The notes beneath the pieces were generated by a model, which had not been told where the DNA came from, did no database searches, and saw nothing but the letters and a program-made list of their open reading frames with translations. Both the position numbers and the translations under genes were made by a program. Shown here one piece after another: positions 27,215 to 39,700 of a stretch of DNA of 64,000 bases (the stretch's first letter is position 1; every line of letters begins with the position of its first letter). Source of the stretch: Octopus sinensis (Eukaryota); contig NC_042998.1 of assembly GCF_006345805.1 (NCBI RefSeq), positions 186,000,001 through 186,064,000 on the forward strand, in the 5' to 3' direction.

Positions 27215-27540
27215 AATAAAAGAGTAAGGACCCTCTTCGGTCATGAAAGCCCATGGGATTACACCGAGAAAGTTCCCCTCTGAGGCACAAATCCGGGCAA
27301 GGTTGTTTATGGAAGACCAGAAGCCACCCATGCATACCAGCCTCCCCTCTCCACACCACCAATGTTATCCAAGGGAAAAGCAAAGGCCAATACAGCTTGG
27401 CACCTGTGATGCCGCAACTCATTTCTACAGCTGAGTGAACTGGAGCAACATGGAATAAAACACACAGCCCAGTCCAAGAATTGAGCTCACTACCTTGTGA
27501 TTGTGACCCTGACGCTCTAACCATTGAGCCATGCACATTC
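27215..27540 (-). mobile_element. tRNA-derived SINE, family D/E
   Basis: tRNA-like head plus GTTGCTCCAGTTCACTCAGCTG core; related cores at 34615-34789, 35092-35266 and 60265-60495. Confidence 0.65.
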
Positions 27541-27892
27541 ACTTTTGGTGGAATAAAGGTAGAATAAATATGCTGTTGTTTGCAGGCAGCCCCTGATTTC
27601 TTTCACCCATGAGACTTTTCAACCCACTATTTACATGCTGTTGTTTATAGCTTTATTTATTTTTTTGTTTCAGTCAGATTGTGGCCATGCTGGGACACTA
27701 CCTTGAAGAATTTTTAATCAAGCAAATCGACCCTAGTATTCATTTTTTGAAACCTGGTGCTTATTCTAATCAGTTTCTCATGCGGAACCACTAAGTCACA
27801 AGGACATAAACACACCAACACAGGTTTCCAAGCAGTGGTAAGGAACAAAGACATACACACAAACACACACATACATATATATATATAACCAC

Positions 27893-28069
27893 TACACTAC
27901 CCACTACACTCTCGGAATAGTTGGCGTTAGGAAAGGCATCCAGCTGTAGAAACTCTGCCAGATCAAGACTGGAGCCTGGTGCACCCATCTGGCTCACCAG
28001 CCCACAGTCAAACCGTCCAACCCATGCTAGCATGGAAAGCAGACGTTAAATGATGAAGATGATGATGAT
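27893..28069 (+). mobile_element. RTE 3' end inserted in a SINE-internal microsatellite
   Basis: GTTGGCGTTAGGAAAGGCATCCAGC...CATGCTAGCATG plus a TGA tail. Confidence 0.85.
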
Positions 28070-28734
28070 AACAGGCTTCTTTCAGTTTCCACCTACCAAA
28101 TGCAGTCACAAGGCTTTGGCAGAACTAAGGCTATAATAGAAGGCACTTGCCCAAGATATCACTCAGTGGGATTGAACCCAGAACCATGTGGTTGGGAAGC
28201 AACTTCTTACCATACAGACATACTTGTGCCTAGTTTGAGTTCCACTGTTAAAAATGATTTAATGTACAGTTTTTCTCTACAGTCAAGTCAATAAGCTGGA
28301 ACAAATTTCAGTGATTATCTTACAAATAATTTCTGTTTGTTTCTTCCTTTTAACGAGTTTGCTAGCAAAAAGGTAGACTATAAATTCTTTTTCCTTACAA
28401 TCTGCATTGTGTCTTTTTGATTGATTTCTTAGACAGGTCGGGTCTGTTTGAAGTATAAAATTACTGCAAAAGAAAAAAACTTTTATATACTCTGGAGATG
28501 TACTTGTTTGGCAAGTGACTTGATCTGAGATTTTATGTCAAAACTGAAGCAATTACACTGTGAAAGGGACGTGTTAGCCATTTATGAAAACACCCAATAA
28601 GAAAAATAGAATAAAAGGCAAAAAATCCTATGTTCACCTTTTGTTTATTCTTTTATATTTCATAAATATTTGTACTCTTCTGCAAACTGGTCACTGACAC
28701 AATTTTGTTTTGCACACACAAATACACACACATG

Positions 28735-28820
28735 ATGCATATATACATACATACATAATATACGTACATACATATATACACACACATATATATATACACA
28801 CACATATATATATATATAAT

Positions 28821-28899
<79 letters not shown>

Positions 28900-28935
28900 T
28901 ATATATATATGTATATATATATATGTACATATACA

Positions 28936-28966
<31 letters not shown>

Positions 28967-28969
28967 TAT

Positions 28970-29021
<52 letters not shown>

Positions 29022-29112
29022 CATATATATACACACACATATATATATAAATAAATAAATATATATATATATGTACATATACATATATATATATAATATA
29101 TATATATATATA

Positions 29113-29156
<44 letters not shown>

Positions 29157-29186
29157 CATACATACACACATACATACATACACACA

Positions 29187-29218
<32 letters not shown>

Positions 29219-29225
29219 CATGTCT
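28735..29225. repeat. (TA)n/(CATA)n tract
   Basis: Read directly from the sequence. Confidence 0.97.
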
Positions 29226-29233
29226 ATACAATA

Positions 29234-29849
29234 CGAGGTCTAATCAATACGTATCTGGACTGTTGCCATAATAGCAAAGCTAAAGAACGCAGATTGAAGC
29301 CAATTAACAAAGATTGACCTTGAACTCTTCTTGTGCATGCACACTAAGTTTTAACATTCTAGCTCAGTTCTGCTGTTTACAGCAGTGCTTCGAAGGAAGG
29401 TGTGTAGCATGTGATTGTTGCATTGACTCTGACAGAAAGTTGTCATGGCAATACGTGCTCAGAGGCCTGCACAAAGTTGTAGAAAGTGTATGGAGAGGAG
29501 TGTATGAACCACACACAAGTGTACAAGTGGTTTAGACGTTTCCAAGATGGTCAACAAAATGTTGATATTGTCTAAGCAGGTACCGCCAAGCTTTTGTCTA
29601 AGCAGGTATTGCCAAGCTTTTGGCAAAATTTGATGCAGATTCTCTGCTCAACTTTTTCTGTCATGGTTAATGCGATGATCACACGCTACACACCTTCCTT
29701 CCAAGCACTGCCGTAAACAGCAGAAGTGAGCTAGAACGTTAAAACCTATTGCACATACACAGCAGAGTTCAAGATCAATCTGTGCCAAGTGGCTTCACTC
29801 TGCATGCTTTATCTTCATTACAATCCGGATATTTATTGATCAGACCACA
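29234..29849 (+). mobile_element. mariner-derived MITE with long inverted arms
   Basis: TIR CGAGGTCTAATCAATACGTATCTGGA vs TCCGGATATTTATTGATCAGACC. Arms are complementary over roughly 200 bp; the centre encodes YGEECMNHTQVYKWFRRFQDG. Confidence 0.82.
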
Positions 29850-30187
29850 CACACACATACACACATGCACTCATGCATGCACACACACACACAATAGGCT
29901 CAGCATGGTTGATTGGTAATAAGTTTGCTTTCCAACTGCATGGTTCTGGGTTCAGTTTCATTGTGTGGCACTTTGGGCATGTGTCTTCTACTATAGCCTT
30001 GGCTGATTAAAGTCTTGGCATGGATTTGGTAGATGGAAACTGAAAGAAGCCCACTGTATGTGTGTGTGTGTGTATATATATATGTATGTATGTATGTATG
30101 CATGTATGTATGTATGTATGTATGCATGTATGCATGTATATATATATATATACACACACACTTACACACACACATATACACAATATA

Positions 30188-31613
30188 TTAGGTTGTCAAG
30201 AAAGTTCTTGCGGAAATTTTAATTTTGGTTTTAAATTATGTAGTTTCAAATCATGGACAGAGTCAAGACTATTGAAAAGGTTGCAAGACGCAACAAAAAT
30301 TTTAGAAAATAAAAATAAGAAATAAGTGGAAATTTTACCGGTGAGCGTGTTACATAATAAGGCACAAAAAGAGAATGACTTTCCCCAGACACAACAGAAT
30401 TTTCAAATTAATTTTCGTTAAATTACTTTGACTTTATATATTATTTTAAAGCCCATTTTTCACTCTATTTAATTGTGTTATTCTTTTCCTTTTTGAATAA
30501 TTAGGCCATTTTTTCTGGAACGTTGAATACAACATGGACTAAAAGCAAATTCGCACAATTTTCTTATTCCAGTTCAAGCTAAGCCGAAAAGCTGCCGAAA
30601 CAGCTTGCGATATCAACAATGAACCACTAAAGAATGTACAGCACAATGGTGGTTTAAGAAATTTTCTAGCAGTGACGAGAATCTTGAAGATGATAAGCAT
30701 AATGGTTGGCCATTGGATGTTGACAACGATCAACTAAGAACCTTAGTCGAAGCCAATCCATGCACAACTGTTCGAGGGCTTGCTTCTGAATTAGACATAA
30801 CGTATATGACAATTTCCAACCACTTGAAAGAGATTGGAAAAACAAAGATACTTGAGAAATGAGTGCTGCATGAATTAAATGACAACCAAAAAAACACTGC
30901 TTTGAAGTGTCGTCTTCCCTTCTTTTACGCAACAAGAATGACCCATTTCTTCACTGGATTGTGACTTGCAATGATAAGTGGATTCTTTATGACAACTGGT
31001 GATGCTCAGCTCAGAGATTGGATGCTGACAAAGCTTCACATCACTTCCTGAAGTCAAAATTGCACCAAAAGAATGTCATGGTGACTGTTTGGTGGTCTGT
31101 GACCAGTCTCATCCAACACAGCTTTTTGGATCCAGGTGAAACCATTACAGCAGAGAAGTACTGTCAGCAAATGAATGAAATGCATAAGAAACTCTGACAA
31201 CAGACAGCATTGGTTAATAGAAAAGGACCAATTCTTCTCCACGACAACGCTCAGCCACACATTGCACAACTGGCCCTGCAGAAGTTAAACGAATTGGGCT
31301 ACAAAACTCTGCCTCACCCGTCATACTCACCAGACCTCTCGCCTACCAACACCCACTTTTTCAAGCATCTCGACAACTTCCTGCGTGAGAAATGCTTCAA
31401 AAACCAAGATGATGCCAAACATGCCTTCAACGACTTCATTGCCACCAGAACGCAGGATTTTTATGCTACAGGCATAAATAAACTTGTTTCATGTTGGCAA
31501 AAGTGTATTGATTCTGATGGTGTTTATTTCGAATAATAAAGTTTTATCTGAGGTGAGATATGTGCATCTGAATTTAAAGGTTAAAAACCGAAAGAACTTT
31601 CTTGACAACCTAA
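30188..31613 (+). mobile_element. mariner (DD34D, Hsmar1/cecropia-like) transposon, full-length, inactivated
   Basis: TIRs TTAGGTTGTCAAGAAAGTTC with TA flanks. Decayed ORF runs from KQIRTIFLFQFKL to HDNAQPH...HPSYSPDLSP...GINKLVSCWQKC. Confidence 0.93.
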
Positions 31614-32757
31614 TATATACATACTTATATATATCCAATACATATATAAATATACAATTATATATATACATACACACACCACACACACACACATAATATA
31701 TAAGAATCTTTCAGTTATGATTGCTATGAGATGCTTCATTTTCTGTTCTTCAAATGAAGGCAACCACACATATTTACATGTATTTATAATTTAATAATAT
31801 TGAATATATTATCATAGTTCTTTATAATATTGAATATACCCAAACTTAGTAATACTGAGTTTAACCACAATCATGGTATTGAATGTATCAACACTTATAT
31901 ACAAAATTGATTATAACCACCCATATTTAATATATGGAACATAGCATTTTTTTTTTTACTGAGTAGCAATGTAGCAATAATGAATTGTTACTTTGGCACA
32001 AAGCCATAAATCTGTACAGCATTTTATTGATTTAACTTAATATATTATTGATATTTATTTTATCAACTCTAAAGGCATGGAATAAAAAGATGACCCTTGA
32101 ACTTACAATGTAGGAAGTAAAAACTGCTGTAATTACCGGTATATAATGTGAGACATTTAATAATAAACATCAAAGTCTAAACTGAATAGTTGCATCATAT
32201 TTGAGTGTGAAAAAAAATGTAAGAACATAAATTTACTGATTTTTAGGTATAAAAAGCATTGGGTCATATATTTGAAAATACATTGACCCCAGGTGAAGTT
32301 CAGAAACTACTACCATTTCTGGGCTACCATCTATATTAGTCTTCTCTTTATTAGTGATCCACAAAGCTGCTTTATCACATGTGGCCTCCACCCAGGCCCA
32401 GCTCATTCAACCCACATCGTTTCCTTTTGCCATAAATATCAAGACTACGCACTAACATTATTCCAGTCCTTCCTCTCCTGAACACCACTCCTCTGAAATT
32501 TTCTTTCACTCCATGTTTCTTACTACAGTTGTTCAAGGAAGAAAACATCAATTAGATCAATGCTATTAGTCTTGGAGAGCTTGCAAAAGCCATGGGTACA
32601 GCATCTTCCTACTGACCAAACTATATAAAAAAATATCTTAAGGTAGGATGTATTGACAAATGAGCCCCCAATTTAGCGATAGATCATGAGTAAGTTGTTG
32701 TATTGTCACTCTTTCACCAAATTACCATGATCCTAATAATAGTCCTGTCTTGGGAAA

Positions 32758-32761
<4 letters not shown>

Positions 32762-32794
<33 letters not shown>

Positions 32795-33050
32795 GTTTAA
32801 GGTCCGCTTTCCATGCTAGCATGGGTTGGACGATTTTGACTGAGGGCTGGCGAACCAGATGACTGCACCAGGCTCCAATCTTGATTTGGCGGAGTTTCTA
32901 CAGCTGGATGCCCTTCCTAACGCCAACCACTCCAGGAGTGTAGTGGGTGCTTTTTACGTGCCACCAGCATGGGGGCCAGTCAGGCGGTACTGGCAATGAC
33001 CTCGCATGAATCTTTTTACACATGCCACCAGCACAGGTGCCAGTAAGGAG
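32762..33050 (-). mobile_element. RTE 3' end
   Basis: (CAT)n plus RTE terminal motifs. Confidence 0.87.
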
Positions 33051-33479
33051 GAAGTTGTTGAGATTAATAAGCAAACCAAGTTTCACTCAGTCTGTATCAG
33101 AACTGCATCCATAATTTATTTTAATTTATTCTTACTCATTTGACCCCATTTACCAATCCTCTATAAAATGCAATTGAAGAGGCAAGTCTTAAATTTTAAC
33201 TAGTTTAAATGAAGAAATATCAGGAAATCAGTACAAGGACTTTTTGTATATTACTTGTATCCTCTTTTAGATAATTATTTCATTGTCAGAAATTTTGTCT
33301 CCTTATTTTACAGATTTATTTGCTCATAGCTTTCATAAATATCAAATGGATGACCATTCTTGCATTGGATGAATTAGAACTATTTCTGCTCCATTATAAA
33401 TTATTAATTCTTTGTTGACACTCTAAAAGAGGCCTTCCAGTCCAATGATTTTATTGTGTCCTGACCACCACAGATCACC

Positions 33480-34125
33480 AAAGTCAATATGGAGCTTTTA
33501 TGTGATCATTCAACCATCCAGAAATTACAGCTAAATCTCTCGTGAATAGCACCTTCACATCTTAAATCATGACATATTAAATACTGTAGTCTATAATAAT
33601 AATTAATTTTTTGTGATTTTTTAATTAAAAAATTACAAATTATCAACAGTCGAAGACAACCACCAAACCTCAAGAGACTCTTAACAAAGGCAAGATTCAC
33701 ATTTGAAAAAGACACGAAGCAAGTAACCAACTGTGGAGACCCCCGTTGCGAGACATGTGAATTAATTGAGCAAGGGACAACCAAAAGACTCAAGAATGGA
33801 AAGGAATTAAAAGTGAATGCAGACATGAATTGCAAAACAAAACACCACATCTACTGCATCACACGCCCACAATGCAATGAAAACTATATTGGGGAGACAG
33901 GAAGGAAACTCACCAGCTGTATAAATGTGCATAAACAACAAATAAGGGATTCATTTTTTATGAATGTCCCATGCAGAGAACATCTTGATATTTGTGCAAA
34001 TGGAAAATTTAAAATATTCCCATTGTACAAAATAAACAATGAAAATATACAATTACGAAAGGCAAAAGTAGAATACTTTATAAAAATTCTAAATCCAAAA
34101 TTAAAACAAAAATAACCAACACCCC
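33480..34125 (+). mobile_element. Penelope-like element 3' ORF fragment (GIY-YIG endonuclease)
   Basis: INSRRQPPNLKRLLT...CGDPRCETC...HIYCITRPQCNENYIGETGRKL...FIKILNPKL (ORF 33813-34115). Confidence 0.88.
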
Positions 34126-34126
34126 A

Positions 34127-34168
<42 letters not shown>

Positions 34169-34171
<3 letters not shown>

Positions 34172-34312
34172 TGTACATTTAAGCACATAAGAGGTAGCCA
34201 TCATAAGACTATCTACATGCTAGAGAGGACAGTTAAATTCGAACCACTACTAGAGATAAAAATCGAAGGGAGTCCTATGATGTCTACCTCTTGTATGCTT
34301 TAATGTACACTC
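34169..34312. mobile_element. MITE-like element with about 40-bp imperfect TIRs
   Basis: CAGTGTACATTTAAGCACATAAGAGGTAGCCATCATAAGACT vs AGTCCTATGATGTCTACCTCTTGTATGCTTTAATGTACACTC, with TA flanks. Confidence 0.75.
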
Positions 34313-34414
34313 TATTTATATGAATAATATATAGTCTATTGACTGAATTTTTACACGCTAGGCCACTGGTAATGGAAATTTCTAATATTTCAATTACCCT
34401 TTAATAATATTAAT

Positions 34415-34472
<58 letters not shown>

Positions 34473-34789
34473 TAGATAGATAGATAGATAGATAGAGATA
34501 TAGATACATACACACACACACACACACATACATATATAGTGATCATGTGACCGACAAGGCTATCAGATGTTGTTACACATCACTGGTCATAATGTGTATT
34601 GCATTGCTTTCGCCATCAAATAGCACCAATTCACTGGCTAGATGAGCAGGCCAACACTTTTCCCTGATTGAAAGGAGGCTGGAGCAATGTGAAATGAAGT
34701 GTTTTGCTCAAGAACACAATGGTCTGGGAATGGAACCCATTATCTAGCAATTGTGTGTGCATCACCCTAACTACCAGGCCACATACCTT

Positions 34790-34889
34790 CATATGGCTAC
34801 CTCTGATGAGCATAGGGTTATATAATCAAATGGTTACCTAAAACTCTGTTATACTACTAGTGTGAAACCCATTGGTAAGATCAGCTATG
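34790..34889 (+). ncRNA. Type I hammerhead ribozyme motif, copy 1
   Basis: CUGAUGA 34803-34809; stem II GCAU/GUGU with a large insert; GAAA 34864-34867; stem III ACC-CAUU-GGU; cleavage triplet GUA (34875-34877); bulged stem I. Confidence 0.55.
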
Positions 34890-34911
34890 GATATAGAATA
34901 CTGTACACTTT

Positions 34912-34948
<37 letters not shown>

Positions 34949-35266
34949 TAGATAGATAGATAGATAGATAGAGATATAGATACATACACACACACACACC
35001 ACACATACATATATAGTGATCATGTGACCGACAAGGCTATCAGATGTTGTTACACATCACTGGTCATAATGTGTATTGCATTGCTTTCGCCATCAAATAG
35101 CACCAATTCACTGGCTAGATGAGCAGGCCAACACTTTTCCCTGATTGAAAGGAGGCTGGAGCAATGTGAAATGAAGTGTTTTGCTCAAGAACACAATGGT
35201 CTGGGAATGGAACCCATTATCTAGCAATTGTGTGTGCATCACCCTAACTACCAGGCCACATACCTT

Positions 35267-35365
35267 CATATGGCTACCTCTGATGAGCATAGGGTTTATA
35301 ATCAAATGGTTACCTAAAACTCTGTTATACTACTAGTGTGAAACCCATTGGTAAGATCAGCTATG
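35267..35365 (+). ncRNA. Type I hammerhead ribozyme motif, copy 2
   Basis: Near-identical tandem copy of 34790-34889. Confidence 0.55.
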
Positions 35366-35392
35366 GATATAGAATACTGTACACTTTGGATA

Positions 35393-35445
<53 letters not shown>

Positions 35446-36772
35446 CAGGCTTCTTTCACTTTCTGTCTACCAAATCCACTCACAAGGCTTTGGTCGACGC
35501 CCGAAGCTATAGTAGAAGATACTTGCCCAAAGTGCCATGCAGTGGGACTGAACCTGGAACTATGTAGTTGGGAATCAAGCTTTTTACCATGCAGCCACAC
35601 CTGCACCATAAGAGACAATATATTCAGAAATTTCATACTGATGGATCTATGTGTCAGGAAAATTCTCCAAATAAGGTGACTGAAAATTGAAATGTCAAAC
35701 TTGTAGTCTAAATACAAAATTTCTCCATCTGTCAAAAGACTTGTCTCTATATAGTCACCCAACTACTAGAAATAGCAGCCAAATCTCCCTGAAGTAATAC
35801 CCTGCAATCTTAAAAAAGAAAGGATAATGTTGTAGATGCTCTTTATTGGTAAAAAAAATAAAATCACAAAATGGTCATGGCTGGAACAACTTTTGTCTTA
35901 CTTGATCAGAGCTGATGTGGCATGATACATCAATGACATGTATTTTAGGAGTTGTAGAAGTTGTTGAAGCCAAACATATAAAACAATGAACTTCTAAATA
36001 AATCTAAACAGAATCTATCCAAATGATAGTGTTTTTTATTTAAGGATTCATTTTCAGAATTAAGAAAAGATTGGCTTGTAGCTATAAATCTATCCAACTA
36101 TCATTATCTCATAATTAAGCCAGTGTTAATATATTTAATGTAGTGAGGATTAAAAAGCTAATTAGAAATAATTATATGGTGAGGAAAATATAGCAGTCAA
36201 CAGCTAATATTATTTTCAATATTCTGGTATGGGAGACAACTGTGGACATGTTTTGGTCCTTATAAACCTTATCAGTGAAGCATATTATGCCACTATACTT
36301 GCCTAACTAGTGGTGAGATAATCATTCTGTAAATGTAGTGGAGCATTATGGAATATCATATTTTCGGGTGATGATAATAACAACACCAATAATCACTCCT
36401 GATCACCTGTTTGTTATCAGTTTCTTACAGAAACACTTCTATGGTACTCTTACGAAGATCCTCTTGTTTCAGGATTGTACATGAAAATTGTACAGAGAAT
36501 TGTACATAAAAATTCAATGAAATTTTAGCTTAACAGATTACTATTGAGCACACAGCAAGTGAAGTATAATATTCTGTGGCAAAAACAACAATATTGTTTT
36601 AATGATAGACACATCATTGCTATATAACCACAATGTTGTGCTGAAGCATTTTGGAAAATAGACAAATCAAACTAACTCAGCTGTACAATTGAAAGCATTA
36701 AAACAAGTTCAATGTGAGTCTATCAACCATTTATAATAGGTACTACCAAAACAAATTACATAATCAAATTGT

Positions 36773-39700
36773 AGGTGGAGAGGAGGATCAGCTAGGTTCC
36801 TCACAGGCAAGGAACGCAGGTACAAGATTTTCTGGGCAGGGAACACTGACGGGGTTGGTGGCGTGGGTATACTTATCGCTGAGAAATGGGTAGATAAAGT
36901 AATTGAGGTAATCAGAGTAAGTGACAGAATACTTAAGATTAGATTAGTGCTTCATCATAGTTTAGCAACCATTATATCAGCCTATGCTCCTCAGTCGGGG
37001 CTACCCGATGGACAGAAAGACCGATTCTATGACACTCTACTGCAGACTACCTCATTGACGAACGACAGAGACCTTATCTTTGTGGCTGGTGACTTCAATG
37101 GTCACGTTGGACGACATGCTGGGGGCTTCCATGGCGTACATGGAGGCTATGGCTATGGCTCCCGCAACGAGGAGGGAACCAGGCTGCTGGAGTTCTGCGA
37201 TGCAAATAATCTTATGATTTGCAACACTAACTTCAGGAAACCTACCAGCCACCTAGTCACTTACCAATCGGGCCAACATACCAGCCAAATTGACTACATC
37301 CTTACAAGGCAAAGGGAGAGATGGCTGCTTATAAATGCCAAAACCTTCCCAGGTGAAGAATGTACCCCACAACATAGACTGGTAGTTAGTGACTTTAGGA
37401 TCAGGACTAGGAGGACAACCAGAAGACGACAAATATGGAGAAGAAGGATCTGGAAGCTTAAAGATCCTGCAAATGGACAGAGATTTAGGGACATATTACT
37501 TGAAGCCTCTGACGAAGTAGAAGGGGATAGAGCATCACAGGGGGTAGAAGACAGCTGGACGTTTCTAAGGGACAACCTGCTGAGAGCCACTGACCAGATC
37601 TGTGGCTGGTGCAAAGTCCCCTCTCGACCTAGAATAACGTGGTGGTGGAACAATATTGTAGACAGGGCTATTAGAGAAAAGAGACAGGCTTGGAAGGTCT
37701 GGAAAAATGGGGGTAGCAGGGAATTGTATCAGACTGCCAAAAGAGAAGCTAGGAGACAGGTTTATTTAGCCAGAGGGGAAGCAGATAAGAAAAAATTTGC
37801 CAATGTTCTGCGCCGTGAGGACCAAAGACTGGAGGTGTTTCGTGTTGCAAGACAGTGTGTGAGAGAGAATCGTGATGTGGTAGGAGAGAAGTGTGTTCGC
37901 ATGGAAGATGGTTCACTTGCGCTAAATGAGGATGCAAAGAGAGAGGTTTGGAGATGCCACTATGAAAGGTTGCTGAATGAAGAAAATGAATGGGATAAAG
38001 AGAGTCTGCCGAATGTTGACCCAACAGAGGGACCAGCTATCCGAGTTGATAGTTCTGTGGTAGCTAAGGCAATTAGAAGCATGAAGACAGGGAAAGCCCC
38101 AGGCCCATCAGGAATCACTGCAGAGATGCTCAAAATGTCTGGTAGTGTCGGCTATAGCCTAGTCACCCATATAGTTAATCAGGTGATACACAAAGGGGTC
38201 ATACCCAATGACTGGTGTAGCAGTATAATAGTCAACTGCTACAAAGGTAAAGGTGATGCCCTAGATACAAATAACTACAGAGGTATCAAGCTGTTGGACC
38301 AGGTGATGAAGGTTACGGAGAGGGTCATAGCCCAACTAATTAGAGAGAGAGTTAGTTTAGATGAGATGCAGTTTGGGTTTGTGCCAGGGAAAAGTACTAC
38401 TGATGCTATATTCCTGGTAAGGCAGCTGCAGGAGAAATACCTAGCCAAAGATAAGCCCCTGTACCTGGCTTTTGTTGACATGGAGAAAGCCTTCGACAGG
38501 GTCCCCCGATCCCTTATCTGGTGGGCAATGAGAAAACTAGGGATAGATGAATGGTTAGTGAGAGCTGTGCGGGCCATGTATAGGGACGCCGCTAGTAGGG
38601 TGAGGGTTGGAAATGAGTACAGTGAAGAATTCCGGGTAGAGGTAGGGGTCCACCAAGGCTCAGTACTCAGCCCCCTCCTATTTATCATAGTCCTCCAGGC
38701 AATAACGGAGGAATTCAAGACAGGATGCCCTTGGGAGCTCCTCTATGCTGATGACCTTGCTCTAATTGCTGAGTCGCTATCAGAACTGGAGGAGAAGTTT
38801 CAGGTGTGGAAACAAGGATTAGAATCGAAGGGCCTCAGAGTCAATCTAGCTAAAACCAAAGTCGTAATCAGTAGGAAGGTAGACAAATCACAAACACCTT
38901 CAGGTAGATGGCCCTGCTCGATCTGTAGAAAAGGTGTAGGTAGAAACTCTATAAGATGCACCAAGTGTAAGCTATGGACACATAAGAGATGCAGCAATGT
39001 CAAAGGAAGGCTAACTAGGAAGATGGTTTTTGTATGTGGCAGATGCTCAGGAACAATAAACACTGAAAATGCTCTGAGACCAACTTCCGTCACTTTCCAG
39101 GGAGAAAAACTAGAAATAGTTGATAGTTTCCGTTACCTAGGTGACCAAGTCAGCAGCGGGGGCGGGTGTGCTGAAAGTGTAACTGCTAGAGTAAGAATAG
39201 CTTGGGCAAAGTTCAGAGAGCTCTTACCTCTGCTGGTGACAAAAGGCCTCTCGCACAGAGTGAAAGGCAGACTGTATGATGCGTGTGTACGAACAGCCAT
39301 GCTACATGGCAGTGAAACATGGGCCGTGACTGCTGAGGATATGCGTAAGCTCGCTAGAAATGAAGCCAGTATGCTCCGATGGATGTGTAATGCCGGTACT
39401 CACACTCGGCAGAGTGTAAGTACCTTGAGAGAAAAGCTGGACCTAAGAAGCATCAGTTGTGGTGTGCAAGAGAGACGTTTGCGCTGGTATGGTCATGTGG
39501 CGAGAATGGATGAAGATAGTTGTGTGAAAAAGTGCCACACCCTAGCGGTTGAGGGAACCTGTGGAAGAGGCAGACCCAGAAAACCTGGGACGAGGTGGTG
39601 AAGCACGACCTTCGAACTTTAGGTCTCACTGAGGAAATGACTAGAGACCGAGACCTCTGGAAGTGTGCTGTGCGCGAGAAGACCCGGCAGGACAAGTGAG

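Larger units (their letters stand above)
34471..35392. repeat. Tandem duplication, period about 477 bp, bounded by (TA)n
   Basis: AGTGATCATGTGACC occurs at 34538 and 35015. The copies are nearly identical apart from microsatellite length and a 1-bp indel. Confidence 0.92.
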
